Made by a program: the position numbers and the translations under genes. A DNA stretch of 48,729 bases. Origin: Thermodesulfobacteriota bacterium (GTDB taxonomy: Bacteria; Desulfobacterota; Binatia; HRBIN30; CADEER01). Within the stretch, counting starts at the first letter, position 1; every line of letters starts with the position of its first letter. This document shows positions 1 to 10,178 of this stretch, in pieces. The notes beneath the pieces were generated by a model. It did not search any database. It had not been told where the DNA came from and saw nothing but the letters and a program-made list of their open reading frames with translations. Location of the stretch: the NCBI GenBank assembly GCA_041743795.1, contig JBGTMF010000512.1:1-48729 (forward strand), given 5' to 3'.

Positions 1-242
1 GCCAGCGAGCGCGGCGGGCGGCCGAGGGGTGGTTCGTCGCGCACGCCACATCATCCTTGCGATGCAAAGTTCCACTGCCTTTGCTGCAAACGATCGCAGC
101 CGTCGGCGCCGCGCCTACGACCAAAGTCGCAATAGGCCCCCCACCCCTCACTTGCCTATAGAACTGCGCAAAGCTCTAGCCTAATCTCATGCGCATTGCC
201 GACCAGCGAATGCCGCCGATGCACTACGAGAACACACCCCAA

Positions 243-551
243 ATGAAATTGTACCAATTGTTCGTTCTGAACATGGCGCTGCAGCTGTTCGACGGCGTGG
301 CGACCTACCAGGGGCTCCGCATCGGCTTCCAGGAAGCCAACCCGATCCTAGTCCAGGCATTCAGCCACGTCGGAGTTCTCCCAACCCTGGTATTCTACAA
401 AGCGTACGCCTGCGGCTTGTTGGTGGTGCTTCACCGCATCACGCCGGCCCATCTGGGTGTACCGATCATGCAGGGGCTGGCGGCCGTCTACTGCGTTTTC
501 TCCCTCGGCCCCTGGTTGGGGAAGTTCGCCTCGGTCGCCGCCCATCTCTGA
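243..551 (+). CDS. small membrane protein, DUF5658-like
   Basis: Hydrophobic ORF with LQLFDGVATY...G..EANP motif typical of DUF5658; ATG at 243 chosen over 189. Confidence 0.7.
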   Translation: MKLYQLFVLNMALQLFDGVATYQGLRIGFQEANPILVQAFSHVGVLPTLVFYKAYACGLLVVLHRITPAHLGVPIMQGLAAVYCVFSLGPWLGKFASVAAHL

Positions 552-589
552 CTGCGAGGGGCGCCCGACCGGGCCCCTCTAGATCCTCG

Positions 590-1339
590 ATGGCAAATCC
601 TGGATCCTGGACTCCGCTTGCAGTGGAGTCCAATGTGCCCGAGCAGAACAAACGTCCGGAGGTCGTGCCGCCTTGGGACACGACCAAGGTAAGCAACATC
701 GCCGCTTGGCAGGAAAAGAGGCGACTGGCAGCGGCAATGCGGCTGGTGATGGAACGCCTGGTGCCGAGCAACGCCCCGGAAGACGAACTGCGCCGCGCCG
801 CCGACGGCCTCGAGCGTTACGCACAAGCTCTCGCTGAACATCCCCGTCTGAAGAACATCCACGGCCATCCGGAGTCGGCGACATCCGGCGACGTCGGCGC
901 CTTCTTCGACCAGAGCCCGTTCATCGGCCTCGCCAATCCACTCGCGCCGCCGATCTCGGTCGGCAAAGCCGGCGAGCGCAAGGCCATCGCCAAGGTGACC
1001 TTCGGCTCGGCCTACGAAGGGGCTCCGGGCTGCGTGCACGGCGGATACGTCGCCGGCGCCTTTGACGAGGTACTCGGCTACGTCAACGCGCTCAGCGGCC
1101 AGGGCGGTATGACCGGCCGCCTGACCATCCATTTCCGAAGCCCGACGCCGTTGCACACGGAGCTGTTCTTCGAAGCGGAGATCCTGCGCATCGAAGGACG
1201 CAAGATCTTCACCCAAGGCAAGCTCTACGCCGGCGAGCGCCTCTGCGCCGAAGCAGAGGGCCTCTTCATCTCGGTCGGCCGCGAGAAGTTTCAGGAGCTG
1301 TTGCGCCAGCGAGAAACCCTGGAGCGCAACCGTATCTGA
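590..1339 (+). CDS. PaaI-family (hotdog-fold) thioesterase
   Basis: YEGAPGCVHGGYVAGAFDEVLG motif, plus TGRLTIHFRSPTPL. Confidence 0.85.
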   Translation: MANPGSWTPLAVESNVPEQNKRPEVVPPWDTTKVSNIAAWQEKRRLAAAMRLVMERLVPSNAPEDELRRAADGLERYAQALAEHPRLKNIHGHPESATSGDVGAFFDQSPFIGLANPLAPPISVGKAGERKAIAKVTFGSAYEGAPGCVHGGYVAGAFDEVLGYVNALSGQGGMTGRLTIHFRSPTPLHTELFFEAEILRIEGRKIFTQGKLYAGERLCAEAEGLFISVGREKFQELLRQRETLERNRI

Positions 1340-1349
1340 GCACGCCGCC

Positions 1350-1772
1350 TCAATCCCATCCTTCGCCGGCGGGTACCAGGTATTTCATGTTGAGCTTGCG
1401 CGAGCGGAACTTCCACCGCCCGGCGACGCGGCTGTAGACGTCATCATAGTAACCGACGCCAGTCATGCTGCGGCCATCGATGGTGCAGCGCAGATCGAGG
1501 TAGCAACGCCCCGTGGCGCGATCGCCATCGAGCTCGATGACGTGGTTGTGTACGAACGGATAGAACGGCGGCCCGGTGATCGCCGCTCGGTAGGCGTCGG
1601 CCAGAGCCGCGCGGCCGACGATCGGCGGGCGGTCGCCCATGTCCATGACACCGTCCTCGGTGAAGAGGTCGATTGCCGCATCCACCTCCTGCCGCCAGAC
1701 GCAATCGGCGTAGCGGCAGGCCAGGTCCCGTATCTCCTCACGGTCCGCCAATCCGCGCAACAAATCCGCCAT
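1350..1772 (-). CDS. NTF2/SnoaL-like protein
   Basis: DREEIRDL..RYAD..., LFTEDG, YDDVY.R..G.WKF.SR pattern; GGAGG RBS before ATG 1772. Confidence 0.85.
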   Translation of the reverse strand: MADLLRGLADREEIRDLACRYADCVWRQEVDAAIDLFTEDGVMDMGDRPPIVGRAALADAYRAAITGPPFYPFVHNHVIELDGDRATGRCYLDLRCTIDGRSMTGVGYYDDVYSRVAGRWKFRSRKLNMKYLVPAGEGWD

Positions 1773-1870
1773 GCAATCCTCCGCTCCGCTCACGGCGTTT
1801 CCTATCCGACTTCCGCGACTTCGCGGCAACCCTCTGGAACACTCTCCTCGAATCACGGATTGTACGCCGC

Positions 1871-3013
1871 ATGCGAGGACCCCTGCACGAAGTCACGATC
1901 GTCGAGCTCGCCGGCATGGGCGCGCTTCCCTATGGTTCGCTGCGGCTCGCCGACATGGGCGCGCAAATCATCCGCGTCGAACGCCTGCGCGACGTTCCCG
2001 CCGAGCGCTCGCCACGGCCGCACAACTTCTGGGACCGCGGCCGGCGTTCAATCGCCGTCGACCTGAAGAATCCGGCCGGCATCGACACGGTCCTGCGTCT
2101 GACGGATACGGCCGACGCCTTCCTCGAATCGTTTCGGCCCGGAGTCGTCGAGCGCCTCGGCCTCGGCCCGGAGCCGGTCATGCGGCGCAACCCGCGCCTG
2201 GTCTACGGCCGACTCACCGGTTGGGGGCAAGAGGGACCGCTGGCGCAAAGCGCAGGACATTCGCTCAACTACGAGGCGATAACCGGCGTCACGCACGCTA
2301 TCGGGCCGCGCGACGGTGCACCGGTACCGCCGCTGCAGATTCTCGGCGACTTCGCCGGCGGCGGACTGCACCTCGCCTTCGGCGTCGTCTGCGCCCTCTT
2401 CGAAGCGCAGCGCTCCGGCCGCGGTCAGGTGGTCGACGCGGCGATGGTCGACGGTGTGATGTCGATCGTCGCCACGTTCTACGCCATGCACAAGATGGGA
2501 ATGCACACCGACGCGCGCGGCAACAACCTCTTCGACGGCGGCGCGCCGTTTTACAACATCTACGAGACGGCCGACGCCAAGTACGTCAGCGTTGCGCCGA
2601 TCGAGCCGCACTTCTATGCGCTGCTGCTCGAGAAGATCGGTTTGACTGACGCCGACCTGCCCGACCAGAACGACACATCGCGGTGGCCGCAGTTGCGCGA
2701 CCGTCTCGCCACGGTGTTCCGCAGCAAGACGCGCGACGAGTGGTGCCGGCTCCTCGAGGGAAGCGACGCTTGCTTCGCGCCGGTGCTCAACTTCACAGAA
2801 GCACTGTCGCACCCGCACAACGCCGCCCGCGGGGCCTTCGTCGACACCGGCGACGTGCCCGAGTTGTTGCCGACACCGAGGCTCAGCCGCACGCCCGGCC
2901 GGCCGGATCGGTCACCCGCCTACCCCGGCGCGGATACGGACGCGGTGTTGCGGGAGCGCGGCTTCGCCGCCGAGGAAATCGACGACCTACGAGAGAACGG
3001 TGTGATTGCGTAG
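1871..3013 (+). CDS. CaiB/BaiF CoA-transferase (alpha-methylacyl-CoA racemase-like)
   Basis: LADMGA, RGRRSIAVDLK, ESFRPGVVERLGLG, TGWGQEGP, GDFAGGG, DGGAPFY motifs. Confidence 0.9.
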   Translation: MRGPLHEVTIVELAGMGALPYGSLRLADMGAQIIRVERLRDVPAERSPRPHNFWDRGRRSIAVDLKNPAGIDTVLRLTDTADAFLESFRPGVVERLGLGPEPVMRRNPRLVYGRLTGWGQEGPLAQSAGHSLNYEAITGVTHAIGPRDGAPVPPLQILGDFAGGGLHLAFGVVCALFEAQRSGRGQVVDAAMVDGVMSIVATFYAMHKMGMHTDARGNNLFDGGAPFYNIYETADAKYVSVAPIEPHFYALLLEKIGLTDADLPDQNDTSRWPQLRDRLATVFRSKTRDEWCRLLEGSDACFAPVLNFTEALSHPHNAARGAFVDTGDVPELLPTPRLSRTPGRPDRSPAYPGADTDAVLRERGFAAEEIDDLRENGVIA

Positions 3014-3114
3014 AATCGTTCGATCGCAATAGAGATCGCATGGAGGGCCGGTTGGCGCTTGGCAGCTTTCCCGTGAAGTGAGAAGGTGCCGCGATCGAGG
3101 GAGGAGAATCACAC

Positions 3115-4155
3115 ATGCAAGTGGAATCATTCGTACCGTTGGACAGCTGGAAGAACGCCGCCAGCGCCGCGCGCGCCGCGGAAGAGGCGGGCTACGACAT
3201 CACCCTGACCAGCGAGATCGGCCACGACCCTTTCGCCCCGCTTGTCGTCGCCGCCATGAACACTTCCCGCATCACCCTCGGCACCAACATCGCCGTCGCC
3301 TTCCCGCGCTCGCCGATGGTCGTCGCCAACATTGCCTGGGATCTGCAAGCCAATTCCGGCGGGCGTTTTTTCCTCGGCCTCGGTTCGCAGGTGAAGGGGC
3401 ACAACGAGCGCCGTTTCAGCGTGCCGTGGAGTGCACCGGTGCCGCGCCTGCGCGAGTACATCCAGGCACTGCGCGCGATCTGGCGCTGCTGGGAGCACAA
3501 GGAACCACTCAACTTCGAGGGCGAACATTACCGCTTCACGCTGATGACGCCTGAGTTCGCGCCGGCTCCGACCGGCCTGCCGCCGGTGCCGGTGGCGATC
3601 GCCGCCGTCCGCGAGCCGATGATTCGCATGGCCGGTCGCATCTGCGACGGCGTCAAGCTACACGGCTTCGCAACGCGCAAGTACCTGACCGACGTCGCCA
3701 TCCCGGCGCTGCAGGACGGCATGGGCAAGGCAGGAATGAACCGCGAGAACTTCCACGTTTCCGGCGGCGGCTTCATCGCCACCGGCGCGACCCAGGAAGA
3801 GGTCGATAAGCAACTCGAGATGATCCGCTACCGCGTCGCCTTTTACGGTGCGACACGCACCTACCACTCGGTTTTCGAACTGCACGGCTGGCTCGATCTC
3901 GGCATGAAGCTGCACGAGATGTCGAAGACGGGAAAATGGGAATCGATGGCCAAAGAGGTAAGCGACGAAGTCCTGCACGAATTCGCCGCGGTGGCCACCT
4001 ACGACAAATTGAAGCCCGCGATCGAGCAGCGCTTCGGCGGCCTCACCGACTCACTCCTCATGGCCTTCCCGGGCACCGCCGCCGCCGGCCTGCAGAAGGA
4101 AGTCGTCCGCGACCTGCAATCGATCCCGTGCCCGTTCACCGGCTTCGCGCGATAA
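3115..4155 (+). CDS. F420-dependent LLM-class oxidoreductase (TIGR03617-like)
   Basis: HDPF, GTNIAVAFPRSPM, GLGSQVKGHNERRFSVPWS, FTLMTPEF motifs; GGAGG RBS. Confidence 0.88.
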   Translation: MQVESFVPLDSWKNAASAARAAEEAGYDITLTSEIGHDPFAPLVVAAMNTSRITLGTNIAVAFPRSPMVVANIAWDLQANSGGRFFLGLGSQVKGHNERRFSVPWSAPVPRLREYIQALRAIWRCWEHKEPLNFEGEHYRFTLMTPEFAPAPTGLPPVPVAIAAVREPMIRMAGRICDGVKLHGFATRKYLTDVAIPALQDGMGKAGMNRENFHVSGGGFIATGATQEEVDKQLEMIRYRVAFYGATRTYHSVFELHGWLDLGMKLHEMSKTGKWESMAKEVSDEVLHEFAAVATYDKLKPAIEQRFGGLTDSLLMAFPGTAAAGLQKEVVRDLQSIPCPFTGFAR

Positions 4156-4178
4156 CCCTGCCGCCGCGCACCTGCGTT

Positions 4179-5405
4179 TCAAGTCAGTGAGGAGTAGATC
4201 AAGGCGCGCAGCTGGCCGCGAAAGTCGAATGTGCGCGACGGCACCAGCTGGGTCATGAAGATGGCGATCAGTTCTTCGACTGGATCGATCCAGAAGATGG
4301 TGCTGGCCATACCTCCCCAAGCGAACTCGCCGACCGAACCGACCGAGCCGCCGAGCACCGGGTTCATGTTGACCGAAAAGCCGAGGCCGAAGCCGCTGCC
4401 TTCGTTCTCCACCTCCGAGAACAGGCCGGTGGTCAGCGCAGTGAGCCCCTTGCCGCCCGGCAGGTGGTTCATGGTCATCAGTTCAATCGTCTTGCGGCCG
4501 AGAATGCGCGCGCCGTCGAGTTCGCCGCGGTTCTGCAACATACGACAGAACCGCAGATAATCGCCGGCGGTCGACACCATGCCGCCGCCGCCCGAGAAGA
4601 AAGTCTTGTCGCCAACCCACGGGCTTTTATCATGCGGGTCGTCGATTAGGCGCAGCGACTTGTCGGCGCGGCGCGTGTAGTTGGCGGCGAATCGGCCGAC
4701 TTCCGTCGGCCGCACGGTGAAGCCGGTGTCGGCCATGCCGAGCGGCCCCGTGATGCGCTGGCGGACGAACTCGGCGAGCGACTGGCCGGAGATTCTCTCG
4801 ACGACGTGGCCGACGACGTCGGTCGCGACCGAGTAGTTCCATGCCGTCCCCGGGGAGAACTCGAGCGGCAGACTTGCCAGCCGTTCCATCCGGTCGGCCA
4901 GGGTCGCGCCCGTCTGCAGTCCGTCGATGTCGAGTTTGCGATAGGCGTCGTCGACGTTGCCGCGGTACATGAACCCGTACGTCAGGCCGGCGGTGTGCGT
5001 CAGCAGGTCGTGCAACGTGATCGGGCGCCGCGCCGGCTCGCTGAGGAACACCGGGTGCTTGCCCGAAATGTAGACGCGCATGTCGGCGAAGGCGGGTATG
5101 AACCGCTGCAGCGGATCGGTCAGCCGCAGTCGTCCCTCTTCGTAGAGGATCATCAGGGCGACGCTGGTGATCGGTTTGGTCATCGAGTAGATGCGGAAAA
5201 TGGTGTCTTCGCGCATCGGCAGGTCGCGCTCGATGTCCATCCGCCCCAACGGCGAGAGGTGCACGACCTCGCCGCGCCTGGCGACAAGTGTCAGCGCTCC
5301 AGCGATCTTGCCCGGCTCGACGTAGTGGCGCTGCAAGTGCTGGTCGACGCGTGCCAACCGCACCGGACAGAAGCCGAGTTCGCGCGCATCCGAGCGCTTC
5401 AACAC
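4179..5405 (-). CDS. serine hydrolase, beta-lactamase family (class C/esterase)
   Basis: FRIYSMTK (SxxK), LLTHTAG, WNYS, SGGGG, WGG motifs; start uncertain (GTG 5405/5414 or TTG 5402). Confidence 0.88.
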   Translation of the reverse strand: MLKRSDARELGFCPVRLARVDQHLQRHYVEPGKIAGALTLVARRGEVVHLSPLGRMDIERDLPMREDTIFRIYSMTKPITSVALMILYEEGRLRLTDPLQRFIPAFADMRVYISGKHPVFLSEPARRPITLHDLLTHTAGLTYGFMYRGNVDDAYRKLDIDGLQTGATLADRMERLASLPLEFSPGTAWNYSVATDVVGHVVERISGQSLAEFVRQRITGPLGMADTGFTVRPTEVGRFAANYTRRADKSLRLIDDPHDKSPWVGDKTFFSGGGGMVSTAGDYLRFCRMLQNRGELDGARILGRKTIELMTMNHLPGGKGLTALTTGLFSEVENEGSGFGLGFSVNMNPVLGGSVGSVGEFAWGGMASTIFWIDPVEELIAIFMTQLVPSRTFDFRGQLRALIYSSLT

Positions 5406-5644
5406 GATCGCCACCACGGCGAACTGGCAGTCGCCGCATGCCGGATCGACACCGGACTCGAGATAGTCGGGAGTTTCATCATGGGACTCACCTCGCGGTG
5501 GCTCCTTCTCTCCAATCGCTCCGTCGCGGTCAATCTCCGCCCGCCCCTTCGGCTGGCAAAAACGGGGAGGCGCCAATCCGCGGTTGGCCGAGCGCGGCGT
5601 AGCGGTTATGGTGGCGCCCACTACCCAAGGGACGGAGCAATACG

Positions 5645-6889
5645 ATGGGAATTCCCGCCAATTTCAATCTCGTTCACCCCAACCACTACGCCGAGCACGG
5701 CTATCCGCACGAGATCTGGACGCGGCTTCGCCGCGAGGACCCCGTCCATTGGTTCGACAAGACTGACGGGATGCCGTTCTGGGCAATCACAAAGCACCAA
5801 GATATCGTCACCGTCGGGCGGCATCCCGAACAATTCTTCAATGGCCCGCGTCTGGTTCTCAGCCACGAGCCGGAGCAGCCCAACGACTTCCCGCCGACGC
5901 TGATCCAGCTCGACCCGCCGAAGCACGGTATCTACCGCAAGCTGATCAACAAGCGATTCACGCCGGGGCGACTGCGGCCGTGGCACGCCGACATCGAGGC
6001 CATCGCCTGTGGGATCGTCGACTCCCTGGTCGAGGAGAGCGAATCCGGCGAGTGCGACTTCGTCGAGAAGGTCTCGGCGCCGCTACCAATCGCCGTCATC
6101 GCCTGGCTGCTCGGCGTGCCGACGGCCGACTGGAACCTCCTCTTCGATTGGACCAACCGCATCATCGGGGCAAACGACCCCGAGTACAACAAAGACGGTC
6201 GGCCGCCGGCCGAAGCGGCGATGGCGACGATGACCGAGCTTTTCCTCTATTTCACCGAACTCGTGAAGGAGAAGAGGAAGAACCCGACCGACGACCTCAC
6301 CACCCTGTTCACTACGCTTGAAGTCGACGGACAACCGCTTCCGGAGATGGATGTGCTGGCACTGTGTCTGATCATCGTCGTCGCCGGCAACGAGACCACC
6401 CGCAACGCGACGACCGGTGGCATGCTGGCCCTGATCGAGCACCCGGAGGAGTTGCGCAAACTGCAGAACAATCTCGCCCTCATGCCGTGCGCCGTCGAGG
6501 AGATCGTGCGCTGGACGAGCCCGATCATCCATTTTGGCCGCACCGCGATGACCGATTTCGAACTCGGCGGCAAGACCATCCGGGAGGGCGACGCACTCGC
6601 CCTCTTCTACCCGTCGGCCAACCGAGACGAGAGTATCTTTGCCGATCCCTTCGCCTTTCGCGTCGATCGCTCGCCCAACCACCACATCGCCTTCGGTACC
6701 GGCGAGCACTTCTGCCTCGGCGCTCACGTGGCGCGACTGGAGATGGAGTTCGCCTACCGGCACCTACTGCCGCGCATCGAGGAGATCGAGGTGGCTGGCC
6801 CCATCGATCGCCTGCATTCCGCGCTGGTCGGCGGCGTCAAGCGACTGCCCATCCGCTACAAGCTGAAACGCGCCAGCGCGGCGGCGTGA
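5645..6889 (+). CDS. cytochrome P450
   Basis: AGNETT I-helix, EEIVR (ExxR), FGTGEHFCLG heme-Cys motif. Confidence 0.95.
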   Translation: MGIPANFNLVHPNHYAEHGYPHEIWTRLRREDPVHWFDKTDGMPFWAITKHQDIVTVGRHPEQFFNGPRLVLSHEPEQPNDFPPTLIQLDPPKHGIYRKLINKRFTPGRLRPWHADIEAIACGIVDSLVEESESGECDFVEKVSAPLPIAVIAWLLGVPTADWNLLFDWTNRIIGANDPEYNKDGRPPAEAAMATMTELFLYFTELVKEKRKNPTDDLTTLFTTLEVDGQPLPEMDVLALCLIIVVAGNETTRNATTGGMLALIEHPEELRKLQNNLALMPCAVEEIVRWTSPIIHFGRTAMTDFELGGKTIREGDALALFYPSANRDESIFADPFAFRVDRSPNHHIAFGTGEHFCLGAHVARLEMEFAYRHLLPRIEEIEVAGPIDRLHSALVGGVKRLPIRYKLKRASAAA

Positions 6890-7059
6890 TTGCGCCGCGA
6901 CATGCGGCGACACGGTTCAGACGACAACGCGCTCCTGTCGGATTGCGCGAGTTCGGCGCCGCCCTGTTCGGGCGAGCGCGCTGCGAACGTCGTCCCGCCG
7001 CCGTAGCTGGTGACCCGTAGCGCCGAGCCATTACACCGGTCTGCCGAAACTTCGCCGGC

Positions 7060-7428
7060 TCACCCTCCGCTGCGCTTGACCCTCCACCCCTTGGCCTCCA
7101 GTTCGCGCACCAGGAGGTCGCGCTGGTCCCCTTGAATCTCGATGATACCGTCGCGCACAGTCCCACCGGCGCCGCACTTCCTCTTCAACTCGCTAGCGAG
7201 CGCCTCGAGGTCGCCCCCGGCCAGCGGCACGCCGGTGATGATGGTCACACCCTTGCCCTTGCGTCCCTGCGTCTGGCGACTGACGCGGACGATGCCGTCT
7301 CCCGCAGGGACGGCAGCCTGTTTCGAACAAGCGCAATTCGCAACCGGCCAGCCGCACTTCGGACAGGTCCGCCCGACCTCACTGGAGTAGACCATCCCGG
7401 ACCGTCCCGGTTTGGCTGTGCGACTCAT
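7060..7428 (-). CDS. yciH: SUI1/YciH translation initiation factor
   Basis: VYSS...CPKC...C.C; GRKGKGVT; [11 protein letters not shown]; IEIQGDQRD. Confidence 0.9.
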   Translation of the reverse strand: MSRTAKPGRSGMVYSSEVGRTCPKCGWPVANCACSKQAAVPAGDGIVRVSRQTQGRKGKGVTIITGVPLAGGDLEALASELKRKCGAGGTVRDGIIEIQGDQRDLLVRELEAKGWRVKRSGG

Positions 7429-7622
7429 CGCCGGCAGGATTCCCCATCCGTTCGCGCGCGGCAACTGGTCGGAGACAATTGCCGGCACGGCCGTGCCCGG
7501 GCAGGCCAACGGCAATCGTCGGGCGCCCCCGCCGATCGCTCGCGCAGCGCCGACGCGATCCTCGGGCCTGTACAGGTCCCTCGCGGTCGTGCAATGGAGT
7601 GGAACGTCGAAGGGGGGAAAGC

Positions 7623-9845
7623 ATGCGTCGACTTTGGATCGCCTTCAGCGCCGTGATGATCGTGTCGTTCGCCATCCTCGGATTCGCCGGTATGCGCATC
7701 TACCAGGAGGCTCCCCCCATTCCCGAGCGCGTCGTCACCACCGAGGGCGAAAAGATCATCGGGCCGGGCGTCATCAGCGCGGGCCAGAACGTATGGCAAT
7801 CGCTCGGCGGCATGGAGATCGGCTCGATCTGGGGTCACGGCAGTTACGTCGCGCCCGACTGGAGCGCCGACTGGTTGCACCGCGAGGCGGTGCTCATTCT
7901 CGACGAGTGGGCCCACGCGGCCCACGGGCGGCCGTACGCCATCATCGCCGACGAAGAGCAGGGCGCGCTGCAGCGACGACTCGAAACGCTGATGCGCAGC
8001 AATCGCTACGATGCGGCAAGCGGCACGCTCACCATCGAACCGGAGCGCGCGCGCGCTTTCGCGGTCAATGCGGCGCACTACGCGGACGTCTTCGAGAAAG
8101 GCCGCGGCGAATACGCAATCCCGGCGGGAGCGCTCACCGATCCGGTGCGGCAACAACACTTCGTTGCGTTCATCTTTTGGACCAGCTGGGCCGCTGCGAC
8201 GATGCGCCCAAACGATACCGTCACCTACACGAGCAATTGGCCGCACGAGGCGCTGATCGGCAACCGACCGACGGGGGAAGCGGTGGTGTGGACCGGGGTC
8301 AGCATTCTCGTCCTGCTCGCCGGCATCGGCGCGATGGCGTTCTGGTATGCGACACAACGGCCAGAGCACCCACCGGACGATATCCCCGGTGACGATCCGC
8401 TGCTCGGCACTCGACCCTCTCCGTCACAGCACCCGGTGATGAAATACTTCTGGACGGTAACAGCGCTCATCGTGCTGCAGGTCGGCATGGGGGTCATCAC
8501 AGCCCATTACGGTGTTGAAGGCAGCGGCTTCTACGGCATTCCGCTCGATCAGTATCTGCCGTACTCGATCACCCGCACGTGGCACGTACAACTCGGCATC
8601 TTCTGGATCGCCACGGCCTGGCTCGCCACGGGTCTGTTCATCGGGCCGTCCGTCGGCATCGAGCCGCCCTTTCAGCGCCTCGGCGTGAATCTTCTGTACG
8701 GCGCGTTGCTGGTCGTCGTACTGGGATCGATGATCGGCCAATGGCTCAGCGTCAAGCAACTGCTCTCCGAGGACGCTTGGTTCTACTTCGGCCACAGCGG
8801 CTACGAGTATATCGATCTCGGACGAGCGTTTCAGATCGCACTCCTGGTCGGGCTCTTTCTTTGGCTCACGCTGATGTTGCGCGCCCTCGTCCCGGCGCTG
8901 CGGCGCGACGATGAGCAGAAACCAATCCTTACCCTGTTTCTCATCTCGTCGGCGGCGATTGCCGGCTTCTACGGCGCCGCGCTCGGCTACGGACGCACAA
9001 CCAACCTGGCCATCGCCGAGTACTGGCGTTGGTGGGTGGTTCACCTTTGGGTCGAGGGCTTCTTCGAAGTGTTCGCCACCGTAGTCGTGGCATTTCTGCT
9101 TGCGCGCCTGCGGCTGGTCAGCATCCGCACCGCCGGCAGCGCGACCGTGCTCGCCGCGACGATCTTCCTTTCGGGCGGCATCGTCGGCACCCTGCATCAT
9201 CTCTATTTCTCGGGTACGCCGATGATGGTGCTCGCGTTGGGCGCGGTGTTCAGTGCGCTCGAGGTCGTACCCCTGCTCTTCGTTGGGTTCGAGGCGTGGC
9301 ACAACCTGAAGCTCACCCAGACGCGCCCATGGGTGCAGAAATATCGCTGGCCCATCTACTTCTTTGTCGCCGTCGCCTTCTGGAACCTGGTTGGTGCCGG
9401 ACTCTTCGGCTTCATGATCAACCCGCCGATCGCGCTCTATTACATGCAGGGCCTGAACACGACGCCGGTGCACGGACACGCCGCATTGTTCGGTGTCTAC
9501 GGCATGCTGGGCATCGGCTTGATGCTGTTCTGCTTCCGGGCGTATCGACCGAAGGAGGTATGGCGTGAGGGCTATGTAGGCTTCGCCTTCTGGGCGATCA
9601 ACGGCGGCCTCATGGCAATGATCGTACTCAGCTTACTGCCGGTCGGCCTCATGCAGACGTGGGCCTCGGTAAACCAAGGCTACTGGTACGCGCGCAGCGC
9701 CGAATTCCTGCAGACCGACTTCATGCAGACACTGCGCTGGATGCGCGTCGTCGGGGACACAATGTTCGCCGCCGGAGTCGTCGCCCTCGGCCTCTTCGTA
9801 CTCGGCCTCGCCACCGGACGATCGCTCGAGCCAGAAGCGTCTTGA
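7623..9845 (+). CDS. norB: quinol-dependent nitric oxide reductase (qNor)
   Basis: [64 protein letters not shown]. Confidence 0.95.
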   Translation: MRRLWIAFSAVMIVSFAILGFAGMRIYQEAPPIPERVVTTEGEKIIGPGVISAGQNVWQSLGGMEIGSIWGHGSYVAPDWSADWLHREAVLILDEWAHAAHGRPYAIIADEEQGALQRRLETLMRSNRYDAASGTLTIEPERARAFAVNAAHYADVFEKGRGEYAIPAGALTDPVRQQHFVAFIFWTSWAAATMRPNDTVTYTSNWPHEALIGNRPTGEAVVWTGVSILVLLAGIGAMAFWYATQRPEHPPDDIPGDDPLLGTRPSPSQHPVMKYFWTVTALIVLQVGMGVITAHYGVEGSGFYGIPLDQYLPYSITRTWHVQLGIFWIATAWLATGLFIGPSVGIEPPFQRLGVNLLYGALLVVVLGSMIGQWLSVKQLLSEDAWFYFGHSGYEYIDLGRAFQIALLVGLFLWLTLMLRALVPALRRDDEQKPILTLFLISSAAIAGFYGAALGYGRTTNLAIAEYWRWWVVHLWVEGFFEVFATVVVAFLLARLRLVSIRTAGSATVLAATIFLSGGIVGTLHHLYFSGTPMMVLALGAVFSALEVVPLLFVGFEAWHNLKLTQTRPWVQKYRWPIYFFVAVAFWNLVGAGLFGFMINPPIALYYMQGLNTTPVHGHAALFGVYGMLGIGLMLFCFRAYRPKEVWREGYVGFAFWAINGGLMAMIVLSLLPVGLMQTWASVNQGYWYARSAEFLQTDFMQTLRWMRVVGDTMFAAGVVALGLFVLGLATGRSLEPEAS

Positions 9846-10038
9846 TCGCGCGAGAATGGCACCGTCACGGAATCTATCCGCGCGGACGCCGCCCCGTGCG
9901 AGATCTCGGCGATCGAATCAGTTCACGAGGCTGCTTCTCTGGTGTGTTCCGGAGTGACGCGCAAATGCGCGAACGCGGTTGCAAGTGCCTGTAATGTTTA
10001 CTCGGACGAATGGCCTGCTGGTTGTTGCTCACGCCTTT

Positions 10039-10053
10039 CGGCACGGCTTTTGC
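10039..10053 (+). promoter_or_regulatory. putative sigma-54 -24/-12 promoter
   Basis: CGGCACGGCTTTTGC = GG-N10-GC close to TGGCACG-N4-TTGC consensus, ~125 bp upstream of ATG 10179. Confidence 0.55.
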
Positions 10054-10178
10054 GCCGATCCATTGACGTCGGTGAAATTGTCGGCGACGTCAACGTCAAG
10101 GCCTCCCAAGATGGAAGGGCGCGAGACTTGCCCCGCAGGTGGCACCGACTATTGTGGAGTCATCCGCGCGAGGTGCCG

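Noticed and set aside
4179-5405. Antibiotic-resistance beta-lactamase
   Set aside because: No signal peptide; LLTHTAG/esterase-type features and catabolic context favour a cytoplasmic esterase.
7623-9845. NO dismutase (Nod) or other atypical NOR
   Set aside because: Active-site His and Glu residues are all canonical qNor.
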